In this document: positions 62,001 through 64,000 of the stretch, piece after piece
Layout: the number at the start of each line of letters is the position of its first letter
Numbering within the stretch: position 1 is the first letter of the stretch
Assembly: GCA_958009085.1 (NCBI GenBank)
Contig: OY253674.1
Coordinates: 310,001-374,000, forward strand
DNA length: 64,000 nt
From: Protoeuglena noctilucae
Lineage: Eukaryota
Reading direction: 5' to 3'
The notes under the pieces: generated by a model
What the model was told of the DNA's origin: nothing
The model's input: only the letters and a program-made list of their open reading frames with translations
Database searches by the model: none
Made by a program: the position numbers and the translations under genes

Positions 62001-62867
62001 GTCTCGATGCCCTCCCGGTTGTGCACGAGGGCGGTCACCGCGCCCTCGACTTGTGCGGAGTAGTACACGTCACCGTCCTTGAGAACCTGAATCTTGCCGT
62101 CTGCGCACCCCAGCATGGGCCAGTACGGCTGGCCCTTCCCGGCCACGGGCGCCACGTCAAAGGCCGAGATGCGGGTCAGCGACAGTTTCGGCGGGTGGAC
62201 GTCGTTGCCGTTGTTAACGAGCTGCACCGACTGCTTGCCGCACACGTGCACGAAGGTGTCGTGCACCCGCGCGGACACCACGTCCTCGTCCATCCTGCAG
62301 GGAGCGAAGCGCGGGTGCAGCTGAGATTTCAAGGGTCGCATGGACCTCAAGGCAGCTGACGACACAGGCGACGTGGCTCACTTGGGAAACCGGATGCGGA
62401 AGAACTCCTTGCCCTTCTTGGTAACCCCGCGGACCTGCCTGCCCTCCGCGACGAATATCTTCGTGTCCTGCTCCTCGCCAAGGCCCTGCAAAGGGCGGAG
62501 CAAGGCATCGCGACCTTGGATGCGCGGATGCAGACGCGGCGGAGGGTTGCAGCCCCGCGACCTGAGCGGCCAGTCACCAGACTGATGTTTGTGACGGGCG
62601 CGTTGGTAGGGAGGCTCTTAAAAGACGTGTCGAGTGCCATTTTCTTCACGCTGAAGCAGTGGACCGTGCCCGAGACGTCGCCCACCACCACCTGCGGGCA
62701 GCCAGGTACGCGTATGGGCACAGAGCGCGGCGCAGCGTCGTCAGATCGGCGGCGGAGGCGCGGGTCGCCTTTTGCGTCTTGTTCTTCCCCGGTGGGAGGA
62801 CGCGCATGCAACCCGGGCCCGCGACATTGGACGAAAGGATCTCCTGCTGATGCAGGTTGATCTCCAT
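59016..62867 (-). CDS. BBS7: Bardet-Biedl syndrome 7 protein (BBSome subunit)
   Basis: QK|VVVGDVSGTVHCF, KIFVAEGRQVRGVTKKGKEFF, LRIRAIEG, IKPL, LQGNFS-like MQGNFSILDMHAWI and SDNLAALAVIREVL. Confidence 0.93.
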
Positions 62868-63809
62868 CGTACGCCTCCTCCCACTTCGCCGTCGCGGGGG
62901 CCTCCCTTAGCGCCGCAAGGGGCGGCCCCGGGGCCCGACCGGGCCGGTTGCAGAGCTCCGGCGCTGCCGGAAGCGAGGCGATAGAGGCGGGACAGCAGAG
63001 GCCTCCTTTCAAATAATCTCCTGTGGCAGCAAGCGGAAAGGTCAGATTCCAGCCCCCGCATCCGCAGGGGACCGCATGCGGGGGCAACAGAGGGCGGTCT
63101 CTCGCCCGCATAGCTCCGATTCGCCGGCGAGCATATGACAGACAGACTCTCGTAACAGCATCACGTGCACTGAGGGGCACATCGCGTCGGCAAGGGGCGG
63201 ACGCAGAGGGCGAGCTCGCGTTGGCTTGGGAGCGCAGCACTGACTCACCGCTCGTGCAGCAGGCGGAGAGCCTTTGCACCAGTGTCGTCAAGCAGACCAG
63301 CCAGATATCAGCTTTGACTTACCCACGCCCGCTGATGCACTCAGGCAACCATTCAGCACTAAGCTCAACGAGTCCGCTGCCAGGGGCCCCGTCAGCCCGT
63401 TCCTGATCGAATGATGGCGCAAGTGCATGACGAGGACGGGTTGTTACCAGCTCCTGGCGCTCGGGCAAGGGCACTGGCACATCCAGCGCTAGGTTCCTGC
63501 CACTCAGGCTGCACTTGATCTTACGCCTTCCTGCCCTTTGGGACCGAGGATTGAGTATCACTCAGCCAGCGTCGTTCCTGTCTCGGACATCGCGGGAGCC
63601 TACAGCTGTGGGCTTTGCAGGGTCAAGTGCAGAGAACCAGCCCACATTCCCACTTAATCGTGCCGAAGGGGCATCAACCTGATCGGTCCAAAGCCGTTGC
63701 ATCTGCCTACTGTGCCGAGCCGTCAGCTGCGCCGGGAGCGCGAGAGGGGGCGCCGCAGTCGGCTGGCTGCGGCCAGCCAGGGCCTGGGGAGAGCGGGGGA
63801 CGCGGCACC

Positions 63810-64000
63810 ATGTCCGCGGGGAGGAGACAAAAGCTCCTAGAGATTGCAAAGGCAAGTGGGGATCGTAGAGGGTTCTTGTGTGCCCGCCCGTGACCGCATG
63901 CGTCATGCTGCTTTGTGCTGGCCCCCGCAGCGGCTGCCGGAGCTCGTCAAGCCTCAGACGATCACGACGACGGAGGGGCGGACGGTCATCAAAGGGCCGG
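63810..64000 (+). CDS. Start of an unidentified gene (partial)
   Basis: MSAGRRQKLLEIAK, then a GC-AG intron 63852-63930, then RLPELVKPQTITTTEGRTVIKG. Confidence 0.55.

Noticed and set aside
1..64000. Hundreds of long overlapping or antisense ORFs in the ORF track
   Set aside because: Expected in very GC-rich DNA. They are Arg/Pro/Ala-rich shadows of real exons with no recognisable motifs.
1..64000. Transposase, Fanzor/TnpB, reverse transcriptase, CRISPR array or introner family
   Set aside because: No such motifs or repeat-spacer arrays were seen, and introns did not share obvious sequence by eye. An all-vs-all intron alignment would be needed to fully exclude introners.

Overview
This is GC-rich, intron-dense eukaryotic nuclear DNA from a photosynthetic, probably flagellate green alga. 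It carries plastid genes (TPT, PPL1, FKBP19-like) and the cilium gene BBS7. Introns are mostly 70-250 nt with GTGAG/GTGCG donors, and the genetic code appears standard. About 25 tightly packed spliced protein genes can be reconstructed by hand: a U-box protein, the C-terminal half of METTL5, FKBP19-like, an OPR-like repeat protein, IST1, TPT, a degenerate PNPase-like protein, ISN1, the PP2A A subunit, a NOT4-type RING protein, LTA4H/M1 aminopeptidase, a Ser/Thr kinase, VPS37, PPL1, EFR3-like, a small mitochondrial membrane protein, a coiled-coil protein, an FAD monooxygenase, Elongin C, DUF2256, a CID protein, BBS7 and several hypotheticals. I saw no transposase, CRISPR array, rRNA or tRNA. 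The most notable items are: (1) a candidate bicistronic DUF2256-CID locus with a leaky-scanning signature; (2) a PNPase-like protein that has lost its catalytic residues; (3) two candidate intronic C/D box snoRNAs; (4) METTL5 lacking its N-terminal half; (5) frequent GC-AG introns; (6) a recurrent TGTT(T)GAA-like 3' motif instead of TGTAA. Gene coordinates span introns and come from manual splicing, so some starts are approximate. All family calls are from recalled motifs, not database searches.
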